Virus record (IMG/VR): IMGVR_UViG_3300047199_000067 | Coordinates: 1 to 58,085 of that record | Direction: 5' to 3' (one strand) | Length of the DNA stretch: 58,085 nt | Source of the DNA: a virus | Taxonomy: Duplodnaviria > Caudoviricetes | Shown here: positions 1 through 9,723 of the stretch, piece after piece | Position numbering within the stretch: position 1 is the first letter of the stretch | Layout: each line of letters starts with the position of its first letter | The notes under the pieces: generated by a model | Seen by the model: the letters and a program-made list of their open reading frames with translations, nothing else | Databases searched by the model: none | What the model was told of the DNA's origin: nothing | Made by a program: the position numbers and the translations under genes

Positions 1-8
1 ATACGACT

Positions 9-449
9 ATGATACCACAGCAGGACGAGAAAAGGCATAAAGGATACGTGGTATGTATCTGTACTGACAGGGGTTCAGAGCCGACTAATATAGGGTTGGT
101 ATCAAAGGACGGAGAGAATTGGGTGGGGAACGCTTTTACGAAAACGCAATATGCGGAACACTTTGTCAAGTCGCATTTAACGGTCGTGGCAATTCTGGAC
201 GCTTGTAAGCAGTTCGGGATATTGGCGAGCGTATCTGACGAAGGGGAATATTGGGAGACTCGTGATGTTAAAGTGCTCGGTGAAAACATTAATGAATCAA
301 CGGCGTTTATCAAACAGATGGGAGGTATGATAGCAGGGCTTGGATTTGATAAGGTAGATAGCTCTATAAAAGAGTCAGAGAATTATGTAAAGACGGAGGG
401 AGTCAATGGACGAACCAAAAAAGAACATATTAAGAACCGCAGGTTTTAA
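9..449 (+). CDS. Hypothetical phage protein (may be 5'-truncated by the window edge)
   Basis: 146-aa ORF in the co-oriented early gene run; no family recognised. Confidence 0.55.
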   Translation: MIPQQDEKRHKGYVVCICTDRGSEPTNIGLVSKDGENWVGNAFTKTQYAEHFVKSHLTVVAILDACKQFGILASVSDEGEYWETRDVKVLGENINESTAFIKQMGGMIAGLGFDKVDSSIKESENYVKTEGVNGRTKKEHIKNRRF

Positions 450-603
450 GGAACAGATAGATAGAATCGAACACGGGTTCTGCCCGCTCTGCGGCAAGCC
501 GATATGTATGGAGGACTTCAAAGACGAGTTGAGCAAGAAAGAGTTCACCATATCAGGCACTTGTCAAGAGTGTCAAAACGGAGTGTTTAAAGGAGGCGAG
601 TGA
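406..603 (+). CDS. Small Zn-finger protein
   Basis: CPLC...CQEC pairs; GGAG SD upstream. Confidence 0.6.
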   Translation: MDEPKKNILRTAGFKEQIDRIEHGFCPLCGKPICMEDFKDELSKKEFTISGTCQECQNGVFKGGE

Positions 604-604
604 T

Positions 605-817
605 ATGAACGATAAAATAAAGAAGTCGCAACGGTTGCGCCATACCCTTGAGATAGCGGAGAAGTGCGGGTTTGTTTATGAGGAGGGGAAATATATCTAT
701 GGAGGATTTTTCGACTCATACCAAACAGAAAGGATACTCCAAAGGCTCAAGGAATTGGAATTGAAAATCGCAGGGCTGACCGATAAACAGATAAAGAAGA
801 TAGGAGGCGGGGTATGA
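605..817 (+). CDS. Hypothetical protein
   Basis: AGGAGG SD; tightly packed with neighbours. Confidence 0.55.
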   Translation: MNDKIKKSQRLRHTLEIAEKCGFVYEEGKYIYGGFFDSYQTERILQRLKELELKIAGLTDKQIKKIGGGV

Positions 818-916
818 GTAGTTCAGATACCCGTTGGGAGAACGAAAGGTTACGTCGTAAATCTTTTGGGCTACCATTGGTCAGCAAAAAAGAATACGAA
901 AGGAAGGTGCGTAGAG

Positions 917-1156
917 ATGAACCTGGACAAACTGACAAAGGGAGAAAGGTTTATAGTTGATTGGCAGTATAAGCTGGCAGGAGATTTTAAGACAGCACTT
1001 AGCCACGCCATAATGACGGCTGACTCTATCAACATTGAAAAATTGAGGATGGGCTTCCCAGAAGAAGTAGAGGCGTATCTAAAATTCAGCAGAGAGGACG
1101 GCTGGTGGCAAAAGGTGCTAAAGAAAATGGGGGTAAAAGATGAGCAAGTATCCTGA
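917..1156 (+). CDS. Hypothetical phage protein
   Basis: Likely start ATG 917 after AAGGT; AD..N..KL..GFPE pattern typical of small phage proteins. Confidence 0.55.
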   Translation: MNLDKLTKGERFIVDWQYKLAGDFKTALSHAIMTADSINIEKLRMGFPEEVEAYLKFSREDGWWQKVLKKMGVKDEQVS

Positions 1157-1370
1157 ACACGAAAAGATGAAAAAGATAGCAGATGAATCGCAGGCGTGTG
1201 GAGATTTTATCCATTGGGCGACTCATAAAGGATATATAGACATCAAATCGCGGAAACGGACGGAAGAACTCCTTGCTGAATACTTTAAGATTGACCTGAA
1301 TAAAATCGAGCAAGAAAAGCGGGCTATGCTCGCGTTGATACGGAGGAAGATAAGGAGGGATAAGATATGA
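1140..1370 (+). CDS. Hypothetical protein
   Basis: Overlapping start/stop with neighbours. Confidence 0.55.
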   Translation: MSKYPEHEKMKKIADESQACGDFIHWATHKGYIDIKSRKRTEELLAEYFKIDLNKIEQEKRAMLALIRRKIRRDKI

Positions 1371-1642
1371 GTAAATATACACCAGGCCCTTGGGGAGTTG
1401 AAAGAGACAGTATGTTAGATTGGCATATTCTCTGTAAAAGTAATGTGCCTAATGTCCCTGGGGTAGTAGCAAGAGTAGGGTTTGAGCCTAATGCCCGCCT
1501 TATCGCTTCTGCCCCTGAATTATTAGAAGCGTGTAAGGAAGCAATAGGAAGAATAGCCGACCACGATAAAGATTGCCCTTTATGGCTATTAGAAAAGTGG
1601 CAACGAATTGTTTCTAAAGCGGAAGGAGGTAGCAACTGCTGA
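1367..1642 (+). CDS. Conserved small phage protein (TPGPW...NARLIAxAPELLEA type)
   Basis: Widespread phage early-gene motif. Confidence 0.7.
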   Translation: MSKYTPGPWGVERDSMLDWHILCKSNVPNVPGVVARVGFEPNARLIASAPELLEACKEAIGRIADHDKDCPLWLLEKWQRIVSKAEGGSNC

Positions 1643-2037
1643 TGATAACCACACAAAACGCATTAGAAACGATTAAAAACAATGGGTATTTTGAGGTAAA
1701 AACGCCATGAAAATCACTAAAGTTACGAAAACCTATTTTGAAACCGAAGGCGAAAGAGTCTACTTTTTCGAGCCTTTGGATGAGGAAATGACCCTCACCG
1801 AGTTGCAGGAAATGATGGATGAGAACGAGAAGTTTTTGCTTAATGAAATTCAGAAAATGAGGAAGGAGAAGATATGAAAATTTGTCCAATAATGAGCAAG
1901 GCTGTGCTTCTGACTTCTGAATATAGAAAACCAGAAGAAGATTTAATAAGGATAAAATGTCAACAGAAAGAATGCGCCTTTTGGATTATCGAACAAGGCG
2001 AAAGTAAAATACCGATAGAAAGGTGTGGGTTAATAAA

Positions 2038-2313
2038 ATGATATTAACAGTTCGCAAAAAACCAGTAGTTGTTGAGGCAATTTTTTGGGACGGGAAAGTA
2101 TCTACCATGCAAGAATTAGAATCTATGGGTATGAAATACGGTGCTTGTATGCAACAGGGCTCTAAAGTCCACTGTCTTACAATAACAACCCTTGAAGGTG
2201 AGATGAAAGCAGAAATTGGCGATTGGATAATAAAAGGCATAAAGGGAGAATTTTACCCATGTAAGCCAGATATATTTCATCAGAGTTACGAAGTAGTAAC
2301 CGATAGGAGATAA
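2038..2313 (+). CDS. Conserved phage protein (RKKPVVVEA...GDWIIKG..GEFYPCKPDIF family)
   Basis: Characteristic motifs of a common phage family of unknown function. Confidence 0.75.
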   Translation: MILTVRKKPVVVEAIFWDGKVSTMQELESMGMKYGACMQQGSKVHCLTITTLEGEMKAEIGDWIIKGIKGEFYPCKPDIFHQSYEVVTDRR

Positions 2314-3212
2314 ATATGCCATCAGAATACGACAGGATAAACGAGATACTTATTAAATTAACAAACGTATTTGGATATGACTCGGCTGATGTGAAACACG
2401 TTAAGGCATTTCTTAATGCACGTGGAGAGCTTGAAGATTTAATAGACGAAATAGACAATGCAGAGCGATGTTAAATGAAAACAAAAATTCATACCCACAA
2501 ATGGATAGAAAGCGTAAACGAACAATGTCCTTTCTGTGGTGCAGATATGAAACTATGTAAAAGTCCAGACTGTTATTTGTATATGTGTAAAAACATTTAT
2601 TGCAGACAGGTTATACAGATTAAAAAGGAGATGAAATAATGGACAATTTAAATACGGTAAAAAAAGAAGATTTATATGAGATATATAAAAATGAAACTTG
2701 TCCTGTATGTGGTTATTATTGCAATGGTAATGGCGGAATTGGGTGCATAGACAAGCCTGCGTTGTGTGGGTTAGACAGAGAAACCCTCGCCGACAAGTTA
2801 TATATATCTAAGCGTATTCAAGGAGAGAAGCGATGACCGAACTATTAGCAAAATCAGGAGATAAAATATTTATCCGAGTATTCAATCCTAAAAACAAAGA
2901 AGAATACAGCGTTTATCGGATAACGGTAGATAAGGACGCCTATAAAGGCGATGATGGATTAGGTGATGTTTTTCTATTTGAAACAACAGGGTATGAGCCA
3001 GAGCCAAAGAAGGCGATTTCTTACATGAAGTATTAAGGAGTATTAGTAAATGAAAAAGCAACCCACAAGAATAAACTTTAAATGGCAAATGTGCTGGATT
3101 GAAAACGGAGAAATAGCACATAGACCTATGAAATGGTTTGAATATGTAAGATATTTTCCAAGAATAATAATCCAAGAATGGGTAACGGGATATAAATTCC
3201 CGAAGATATAAG

Positions 3213-3815
3213 ATGATACTCAAAACAAAAGAAGCAAGTAAGTATATCGGCGTAAGCATAAATACGATTAAGACGCTCGCCAATAATGGAAAGATAAAAT
3301 CGTTCAAGACCAGTGGCGGTCACAGGCGTTTTATGCAAGAGGACTTGGATTGTTTCACTGGAAAAGTCACAGAAAAACAGGACAAAGTTACCGTTGTTTA
3401 TGCCAGATGTTCTACCGCAAAACAGAAAGAGAATCTTGAACGCCAGAAAGAACGCCTCATGCGTCACGCTGAATCACAGGGTTATAAATACATTGTGATT
3501 GATGAAATAGCCAGCGGGATAAACGAGAAAAGAAAAGGTCTGCATAAACTTCTTAATCTTGCGTTTCAAGGAAAAGTTGAAAGAGTTTTGATTGAGTATA
3601 AAGACCGCATAGCAAGATTTGGCTATGAATATCTTGATTCTATCTTTAGAAACTTGGGCGTTAAGGTAGAGATTATGGACACGAAAGAGCGTAAATATGA
3701 GGAAGAATTAGCAGAGGATATTATGAAGATTTTGACCTGTTATTCAGCCAGATATTACGGTGCAAGGGGCGGTAGAAAGAAGAAAATTGAGGTTGTCGAA
3801 TCTAATGCAATTTAA
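3213..3815 (+). mobile_element. tnpA: IS607-family serine recombinase/transposase TnpA, no TnpB partner
   Basis: N-terminal MerR-like HTH (KTSGGHRRF), resolvase catalytic motif YARCS, EIASG and DRIARFG motifs. Confidence 0.85.
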
Positions 3816-4010
3816 AAAGGAGGAAAGTGAGTATGAAGATACAGCGCAGAACTTTTGAGGCGAATAAATATCCTAAAGGAAGTCCTGAACGTAATCGGCT
3901 CAATGAAGACCCTTTGACGAGCGAGTATATGCCAAGCTATCGGTATATCGAATTTATAGGCCCAGAAAAACATAAGGTCTTGTTCAGGACAAAGAAGGAG
4001 GCGATTGATA

Positions 4011-4313
4011 ATGGAAGGCATAATTAGAGGAGAGCTATCTACCAGGACAGTATATCTGAACGGCATACCCATTGACCCTGAACCAAGCCAAAGGGCTTTT
4101 AACCATAGCCCCAATGGCTACAATTGGGGTTATTCTGGAAGCGGCCCCGCTCAATTGGCATTGGCTATCCTGATGAAGTTCACAGGAGTAGAGGTGGCTA
4201 TATCCTTGCACCAAGATTTTAAGTGGGATGTTATAGCGGGTCTGCACGGAGATTTTGAATTGCCCGTAAAGGCAGTCGAGGAGTGGCTTATTAAAAAGGG
4301 GGTGATGAAATAA
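4011..4313 (+). CDS. DUF6166-like phage protein
   Basis: NHSPNGYNWGYSGSGPAQLALAIL motif. Confidence 0.7.
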   Translation: MEGIIRGELSTRTVYLNGIPIDPEPSQRAFNHSPNGYNWGYSGSGPAQLALAILMKFTGVEVAISLHQDFKWDVIAGLHGDFELPVKAVEEWLIKKGVMK

Positions 4314-4711
4314 TGGACGAAGAATTGGACAAGATACCTAAACCGATAAGTAAGGAATATAGATTAAAGAGCATAGAACACGTTAACCATAAACCGCACC
4401 CGTATATGATAACTCCAAGCCACGTTGCGTTTGCGAGCGACCACTATTGCGGTAGGTTAGGACAGTTAGCAATAGAAGAAGCAGAGAAGACAGGTAGAGC
4501 GAAGTGCGGATGGCAAGGTTGTAATCTGGCTTGTAATGAACATACCAGCGACAAGGTATTGTTTATTAAAGCATTAGTGGATAAACCGATAAAGGAGTTA
4601 AAGGGCTTGAAGAAGTATCTATTGAGTATCAAACAGACGTTAATCGTTTTAAAGATTGACGGCGTAGCATTTATTGAACCCGATAAGAAAGGGGTGAGTA
4701 AAGATGAGTAA
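4313..4711 (+). CDS. Hypothetical protein with Cys/His cluster
   Basis: 132-aa ORF, translationally coupled. Confidence 0.55.
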   Translation: MDEELDKIPKPISKEYRLKSIEHVNHKPHPYMITPSHVAFASDHYCGRLGQLAIEEAEKTGRAKCGWQGCNLACNEHTSDKVLFIKALVDKPIKELKGLKKYLLSIKQTLIVLKIDGVAFIEPDKKGVSKDE

Positions 4712-4967
4712 GAAAGGCGACCTGGAAGTATGGCATATACCACAAGTCCCGATGAAGGCGTTCAGAGTCAAAGTCCAAGACGTAAAGGAGGCGATTAAAA
4801 TACTCAACGTGCTGGCTGACTATGATATTTTTCAGTTCGAGAATCATATCAAGCCAGATTATACCAATGCCGCAGGTCTGGAGGAATTTGATGGCAAGGA
4901 GTGGAGCGAGTATTACAACGAAGAAGGTATGGACATTGATGAGATTATGAAAGAGGAGGTGAATTGA
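4704..4967 (+). CDS. P22 gp17-like (exclusion-escape) protein
   Basis: VWHIPQVPMK...LADYD.FQ..N.IKPDY.N..GL closely matches the P22 gp17 family as recalled. Confidence 0.75.
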   Translation: MSKKGDLEVWHIPQVPMKAFRVKVQDVKEAIKILNVLADYDIFQFENHIKPDYTNAAGLEEFDGKEWSEYYNEEGMDIDEIMKEEVN

Positions 4968-4968
4968 T

Positions 4969-5826
4969 ATGTATAAATGGTTATCGCCCTTACATATCCC
5001 CGAAGGCAGGTCAGGCAAGTTCCAGGTTCAGCATAAGATAGAAAAGGCAGGGACAGAAATTCCTTTGGTCAATATGAGAACAGCTTTGTTTGGTAGAGAC
5101 GGGCAAAGGCATACCATTACTTATGACAGCGACGTTAGGTATCACTATTTGATGGAGAAGAATAAGGATGGTAGCGGCGGCTGTTGGATGTCCGATGTCC
5201 CACAAGAACAAGAGCAGGCAGACAGGCTTATCAAAGGTATGAGAGGAAAGATACTCATAGGCGGGCTTGGGCTTGGCTACATAGCCACACGGCTTGCCCG
5301 AAGACCTACGGTCGAGTCTATCACGGTAGTAGAAAAAGAAAAGGACGTGATAAAGCTCGTATGGGGGTATCTCAATTTAAGGAGTAAGGGTCAGGTTGTC
5401 AATGGAGATATATTCGATTACCTGGAACACGCAAAGAAGAAGTCGTTTGATTATATCTACCTTGATGTATGGACAAGCGACGGAGAGAGGACTTTGAGCG
5501 AATATATCCTACCATTAAGGAAGTTGGCACGCCCATTGGTCAGGTCAGACCAAAGGATTAAGTGCTGGAACGAAGACGTGATGAAAGGACAGATGTTGAT
5601 GGGGCTTATAACGTCTATACAGGTTAGGTATAAGGAATATCTGAACCCAAGCAAACAGATGGTAGAGATAATAGATAAATGGCACAAGCTCGAAGCACCG
5701 TTTTGGGCTTGGGTAATGGTAAACAAACCAGAGCCAGATATTGCCTTATCACGGGCGCAGGAATATGTAGCCCTGCTCGGCTCAACAGAGTGGCTAAGGA
5801 GGTGGAGAAGATATGAAAAAAGTTGA
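4969..5826 (+). CDS. Class I SAM-binding transferase (spermidine-synthase/methyltransferase-like)
   Basis: ILIGGLGLGY motif I, VVEKE acidic motif II, FDYIYLDVW. Confidence 0.7.
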   Translation: MYKWLSPLHIPEGRSGKFQVQHKIEKAGTEIPLVNMRTALFGRDGQRHTITYDSDVRYHYLMEKNKDGSGGCWMSDVPQEQEQADRLIKGMRGKILIGGLGLGYIATRLARRPTVESITVVEKEKDVIKLVWGYLNLRSKGQVVNGDIFDYLEHAKKKSFDYIYLDVWTSDGERTLSEYILPLRKLARPLVRSDQRIKCWNEDVMKGQMLMGLITSIQVRYKEYLNPSKQMVEIIDKWHKLEAPFWAWVMVNKPEPDIALSRAQEYVALLGSTEWLRRWRRYEKS

Positions 5827-6289
5827 TACGAGTATGTATCTCACAGACGCACAGTATCTTGACTTGATGAAAAGGATACGCGCAGACCTGGGTAAAGTCA
5901 AGAAGATTATAGCGATAGACTGTAACGAAATCGGCTGTAAACATACCTTGACAAACGTAGGGCTATGTGCTGGAGAAGAAACGGAAGGAGGCTGGTCAAA
6001 AGATAAATATACGACACGGGCAACAGCTATGTGGGTCAAGGAGTTCGACAGGATAGGCAAGAGTAGGTATGAGCACCCGCAGATGTTTACTATGAAATAC
6101 AGACAGGACAGGCATAGATGTCCATTGGACAAAAGGAGGACAGCAGACGGGTTAGGATACGGATGTAGTTGCTTCTATCATTGTCGGGCATTCAAGGATA
6201 AGAAACTGACCATAGCAGAGGTAAAGAAGCTCTATGACGAGCAGATTGCTCTGGTCGAGAAAGGAGATAAAGCCAATGAAAAAAGATAA
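5813..6289 (+). CDS. Hypothetical Cys-rich protein
   Basis: 158-aa ORF coupled to upstream gene; GGAGG SD. Confidence 0.55.
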   Translation: MKKVDTSMYLTDAQYLDLMKRIRADLGKVKKIIAIDCNEIGCKHTLTNVGLCAGEETEGGWSKDKYTTRATAMWVKEFDRIGKSRYEHPQMFTMKYRQDRHRCPLDKRRTADGLGYGCSCFYHCRAFKDKKLTIAEVKKLYDEQIALVEKGDKANEKR

Positions 6290-6554
6290 CAAGACAATAG
6301 GTGTTGTATTAAGGTTTTGGACGAATGATTTTACGGTCAAGCACGGGGACAGAACCGCTACGGCTTGTTGGGAGCAGGGTGTTATGAAGCTTGAGGCTAA
6401 TGCTACAAAAGGCATAAAGAACGTCAACCCTGAACCGTTCAATTGTTTAGAGGATATTGTACCATTGATAAAAGAGTTGTTCCGTAACCAAGGAATATTG
6501 ATGGTAAGTGCCAATAAACGCCCACGGATAATGAACCCTAAAAGAAGAAGTTAG
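6276..6554 (+). CDS. Hypothetical protein
   Basis: Likely start ATG 6276 after GGAG. Confidence 0.55.
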   Translation: MKKDNKTIGVVLRFWTNDFTVKHGDRTATACWEQGVMKLEANATKGIKNVNPEPFNCLEDIVPLIKELFRNQGILMVSANKRPRIMNPKRRS

Positions 6555-6649
6555 GACTTTCGCCCCTCGTATACCCTATAAAGCCCCCAGTAAAACCTTA
6601 CGAGTTTGGGTTCTGCTGGGCTATTCCAGCATACCCTATATAAAGACAC

Positions 6650-6685
6650 TCCCCAAGAGGCGGCTCTGCCTCTTGGGGATTTTTT
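6650..6685 (+). terminator. Intrinsic terminator ending the early gene block
   Basis: TCCCCAAGAGGC/GCCTCTTGGGGA perfect stem followed by T6. Confidence 0.85.
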
Positions 6686-6712
6686 GTGGCTGAAATGGTT
6701 GAAAAATTTTTC

Positions 6713-6741
6713 TTGACAAAGTCGGTAATATCTTATAATAT
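6713..6741 (+). promoter_or_regulatory. Sigma70-type promoter for the replication module
   Basis: TTGACA at 6713, then TAATAT at 17 bp (overlapping TATAAT at 15 bp); directly after terminator. Confidence 0.7.
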
Positions 6742-6770
6742 ATCATAACACAGTTTGAAAGGAGGCGATT

Positions 6771-6968
6771 ATGCAGAAGACAGTATACTTTCCTGACGAT
6801 ACCGTTACTAATGGCATTATGGAGCGGTCTGGTTTTCTGATGAAGGAGTACAGGGTTAGTTTTTCTGAAATTGTTTATCAAGCCCTGAAAGATTTTGTAT
6901 CCGTCAAAAGACCTAAACCTAAAAATGGAGATTTCCGTAATGCTAAATTTGCAAATCTGCGAGGATAA
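6771..6968 (+). CDS. Small ribbon-helix-helix-like DNA-binding protein
   Basis: N-terminal KTVYFPD strand, SFSEIVYQALKDF helix; AGGAGG SD. Confidence 0.5.
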   Translation: MQKTVYFPDDTVTNGIMERSGFLMKEYRVSFSEIVYQALKDFVSVKRPKPKNGDFRNAKFANLRG

Positions 6969-8619
6969 TCGTGGTCTGATACTTGCCGAAGTATTCGGAC
7001 AAGAATTTCGCTCTTACGTCAGCGTTTTAAAGAACCTGCCCACAAGCAAATATAATCCAACCTACCGTAATTGGTCGTTCAGTATTTATGACCTGTCTTT
7101 ATTATTCAAAGGATTAGAAAAACAAGGGCTGAACTCTGTCCATTACAGCGACGGTTGTGGTGAGCTGATTCAGTCATACAAAGAGTGGTGTGGGAAGACA
7201 CGGAAGCTATTGACAGAAACGGACGTGCAGGTCGAGGAGGTAGAAGAATTGCTCAAGTACCCGTTAATGCAACATCAAAGAGTAGCCGTCAAGGCATTCT
7301 TGGAATTGAAACGGTTATTGCTCGCTGACCAGATGGGCGTTGGGAAAACCCTGCCCGCATTAGCTACGGCACAGTATTTAAGGAAGACAGGAACAGTCAA
7401 CAGTTGCCTTGTGGTCTGTATAGCGTCGGTCAAAAGAAATTGGGTAAAGGAGATTGAGAAATTTTTAAAAGAACCTGATTACATCGTCATCGAAGGAGCG
7501 GCGTCTGAAAGAGAGGCGATGTACGGGGGTAAAGAATTTTTTAAGATAGTGAATTATGAAGTCCTGCGAAATGATGTGCAGGACTTTTTATTTGATAGTG
7601 CCTATGATATTATTATCGTGGATGAAATCCACAGGATAAGGACTCATAATACAAAGCAAACCAAGGCGGTCGTTAGATTAGGTAAGAAGGCACAGTATAG
7701 GTGGGGGCTGACAGGTACGCCGATACATAATAAGCTGGAAGACCTATATTCCATAATGAAATTTATTGATGAAGGTATTCTCGGCAATTGGTGGAAGTTT
7801 GACCAGAGGTATATTGAACACGGGTATTTCGGAGAGGTAGTCGGTTATACTAATACAGATGAGGTCAAGGAGAAGCTCGGATATTTTATGTTGAGGAGAA
7901 AGAAAGAGGATGTGTTAAAGGACCTGCCCCCGAAGATTTATAATGTAATCCACGTTGAGTTGTCAAAGGAGCAGAGGAAGTTTTATGAGAACTGCAAAAA
8001 ACAGATTGTCGAAATGGCGGATGAGGAAAAGGAGGAGAAGGTCAACCAAGCCAATGTATTAGCCAAGACAACCTATATCAGAGAAGTATGCGACTCGGCT
8101 GAACTCGTAGACCCTGAAAGGAAAGTATCTACGAAGATGAAAGAGCTACAAGAGGTCGTTACGGAGTTCGTATCAGAAGGCAGGAAGGTTGTTATTTTTA
8201 CTCAATTCGCTAAGATGGCTATGATAATCGGGAGAGATTTAAAGGAAAGGTCTATAATACTGCACGGTGGAATAAGTACAAGCGGTACTGCAAGACAGGA
8301 TTTGATAGACAGGTTTGAGAAGGATGAGGCAATCCCCGTATTTATTACTACGACTGCTGGAGGTGAAGGTATTAATTTACAGTTCGCTAATGTGGTTATA
8401 TTTTTTGATTTGCCTTTTAACCCGCAAGTGGTTGCTCAAATGGAAGATAGACTGCACAGAGCAGGTCAGACTAACTCGGTCAATGTAATAAAGCTCGTTG
8501 CTAAGGATACTATCGAAGAAAGGGTTTGTGAGATATTGGAAAGGAAGATAGAGCTTTTCGAGAGGGTCGTAGAGGGAGTGAGAGGGCTATCAACCAGAGA
8601 GCTTTTAAAGCTTTTGTAG
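6940..8619 (+). CDS. SNF2-family (SF2) helicase
   Basis: LADQMGVGKT Walker A, DEIH, LTGTP, GGEGINLQ, DRLHRAGQ. Confidence 0.92.
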   Translation: MLNLQICEDNRGLILAEVFGQEFRSYVSVLKNLPTSKYNPTYRNWSFSIYDLSLLFKGLEKQGLNSVHYSDGCGELIQSYKEWCGKTRKLLTETDVQVEEVEELLKYPLMQHQRVAVKAFLELKRLLLADQMGVGKTLPALATAQYLRKTGTVNSCLVVCIASVKRNWVKEIEKFLKEPDYIVIEGAASEREAMYGGKEFFKIVNYEVLRNDVQDFLFDSAYDIIIVDEIHRIRTHNTKQTKAVVRLGKKAQYRWGLTGTPIHNKLEDLYSIMKFIDEGILGNWWKFDQRYIEHGYFGEVVGYTNTDEVKEKLGYFMLRRKKEDVLKDLPPKIYNVIHVELSKEQRKFYENCKKQIVEMADEEKEEKVNQANVLAKTTYIREVCDSAELVDPERKVSTKMKELQEVVTEFVSEGRKVVIFTQFAKMAMIIGRDLKERSIILHGGISTSGTARQDLIDRFEKDEAIPVFITTTAGGEGINLQFANVVIFFDLPFNPQVVAQMEDRLHRAGQTNSVNVIKLVAKDTIEERVCEILERKIELFERVVEGVRGLSTRELLKLL

Positions 8620-8786
8620 CTTCGACAATATAGATATAACGTATACCCGTAGGGTATAAAGTTATATCTTATTTATTAACTCTATTATAAGATATAAGTA
8701 AAATTATTCAGTATTAAGTAATAAGTAAACTATACTCAGTACTAAAACATAAAGACTTAATAACAGTATCAATAATACTAATAGCG
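8620..8786. other. Putative replication origin
   Basis: Non-coding, very AT-rich; inverted repeat AGATATAAC-TATACCC/GGGTATA-GTTATATCT at 8632-8669; directly upstream of loader, helicase and primase genes. Confidence 0.5.
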
Positions 8787-9242
8787 ATGGCACAGTATAA
8801 AGTCATACCAGAGGAACATAAAGCAAAACCAGTCGAGGAGTGGGGGACGGCGGAGCTTATCGAGTATTTTAGGGAGAAGCATAAAGAGGTAATGAGGGTA
8901 AAATCCCATAAGCCAGAAGGCTTATTGAAAATACATATCAACAGTAAGAACGTAAGGTTTTTATATGAACAGGGTAAAGAGGACTTCGGCAATATCCCAG
9001 CCAGTCAGTTGTATAAGGAGTATATGGATTGGCTGTTTGAATATAAGAGAGGGAAGGACGGCCTGATAAGATTGTGGAGTTTCAGCAATAAGGATATGAT
9101 GACGGATTTCCTGGACTATAAGAGTATGGCGGTTCAGGAGAAGGCGTTGGGAAGCCTTGACGACTTCAAGAAGGAAGAAGAAGAAAGAAAGCAGCGGGCT
9201 AAGGCGTATTTTGAAAGAGACAGAGGAGGAGAGGTCAAATGA
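8787..9242 (+). CDS. Hypothetical protein (possible replication initiator by position)
   Basis: Lies between AT-rich region and DnaC-like gene; no motif recognised. Confidence 0.45.
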   Translation: MAQYKVIPEEHKAKPVEEWGTAELIEYFREKHKEVMRVKSHKPEGLLKIHINSKNVRFLYEQGKEDFGNIPASQLYKEYMDWLFEYKRGKDGLIRLWSFSNKDMMTDFLDYKSMAVQEKALGSLDDFKKEEEERKQRAKAYFERDRGGEVK

Positions 9243-9435
9243 AAAGGAAGGTCAGTCATACGTTTCCAATTATGATTTATTACAATAAGGTCAGTAAGCA
9301 GTTAATCGGTCCATTAAACAGTAAGGATTATGTGGTTATCGCGGACAGGGGACAGAAACTACCGCCTCCCATAAATGGATTGCCAGAGGGGGTGGAGGTA
9401 AGAGAGGCAGACATCGTCGTTTACGAAAAGGAGAA

Positions 9436-9645
9436 ATGACAATGGCAGGGATAATCGAAAAGGAAGTCATTATTAATTGTACTGATTGTAACAAAGATTT
9501 TACCTTGTCCGTAAAAGACCAGGAGTTTTATAAAAGGATAGGGTATGTCTTACCCAAAAGATGTTTGGAGTGCAGGAAAAAGAGAAGGTTGAAAAGGGAG
9601 GACAAAAGAGGAGAGAAGAAGTCGGAGAGCGGGAACAGGAGATAA
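9436..9645 (+). CDS. Zinc-ribbon domain protein
   Basis: CTDC...F....Q.FY...G...PKRC..CR pattern. Confidence 0.7.
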   Translation: MTMAGIIEKEVIINCTDCNKDFTLSVKDQEFYKRIGYVLPKRCLECRKKRRLKREDKRGEKKSESGNRR

Positions 9646-9723
9646 AGCAGGACGGGGCGTAGGTTTGGGCAAATGCAGGTATCCCTAAAGACGCTCAAGT
9701 TTGCGCCCCATATTTAAGCAGGA

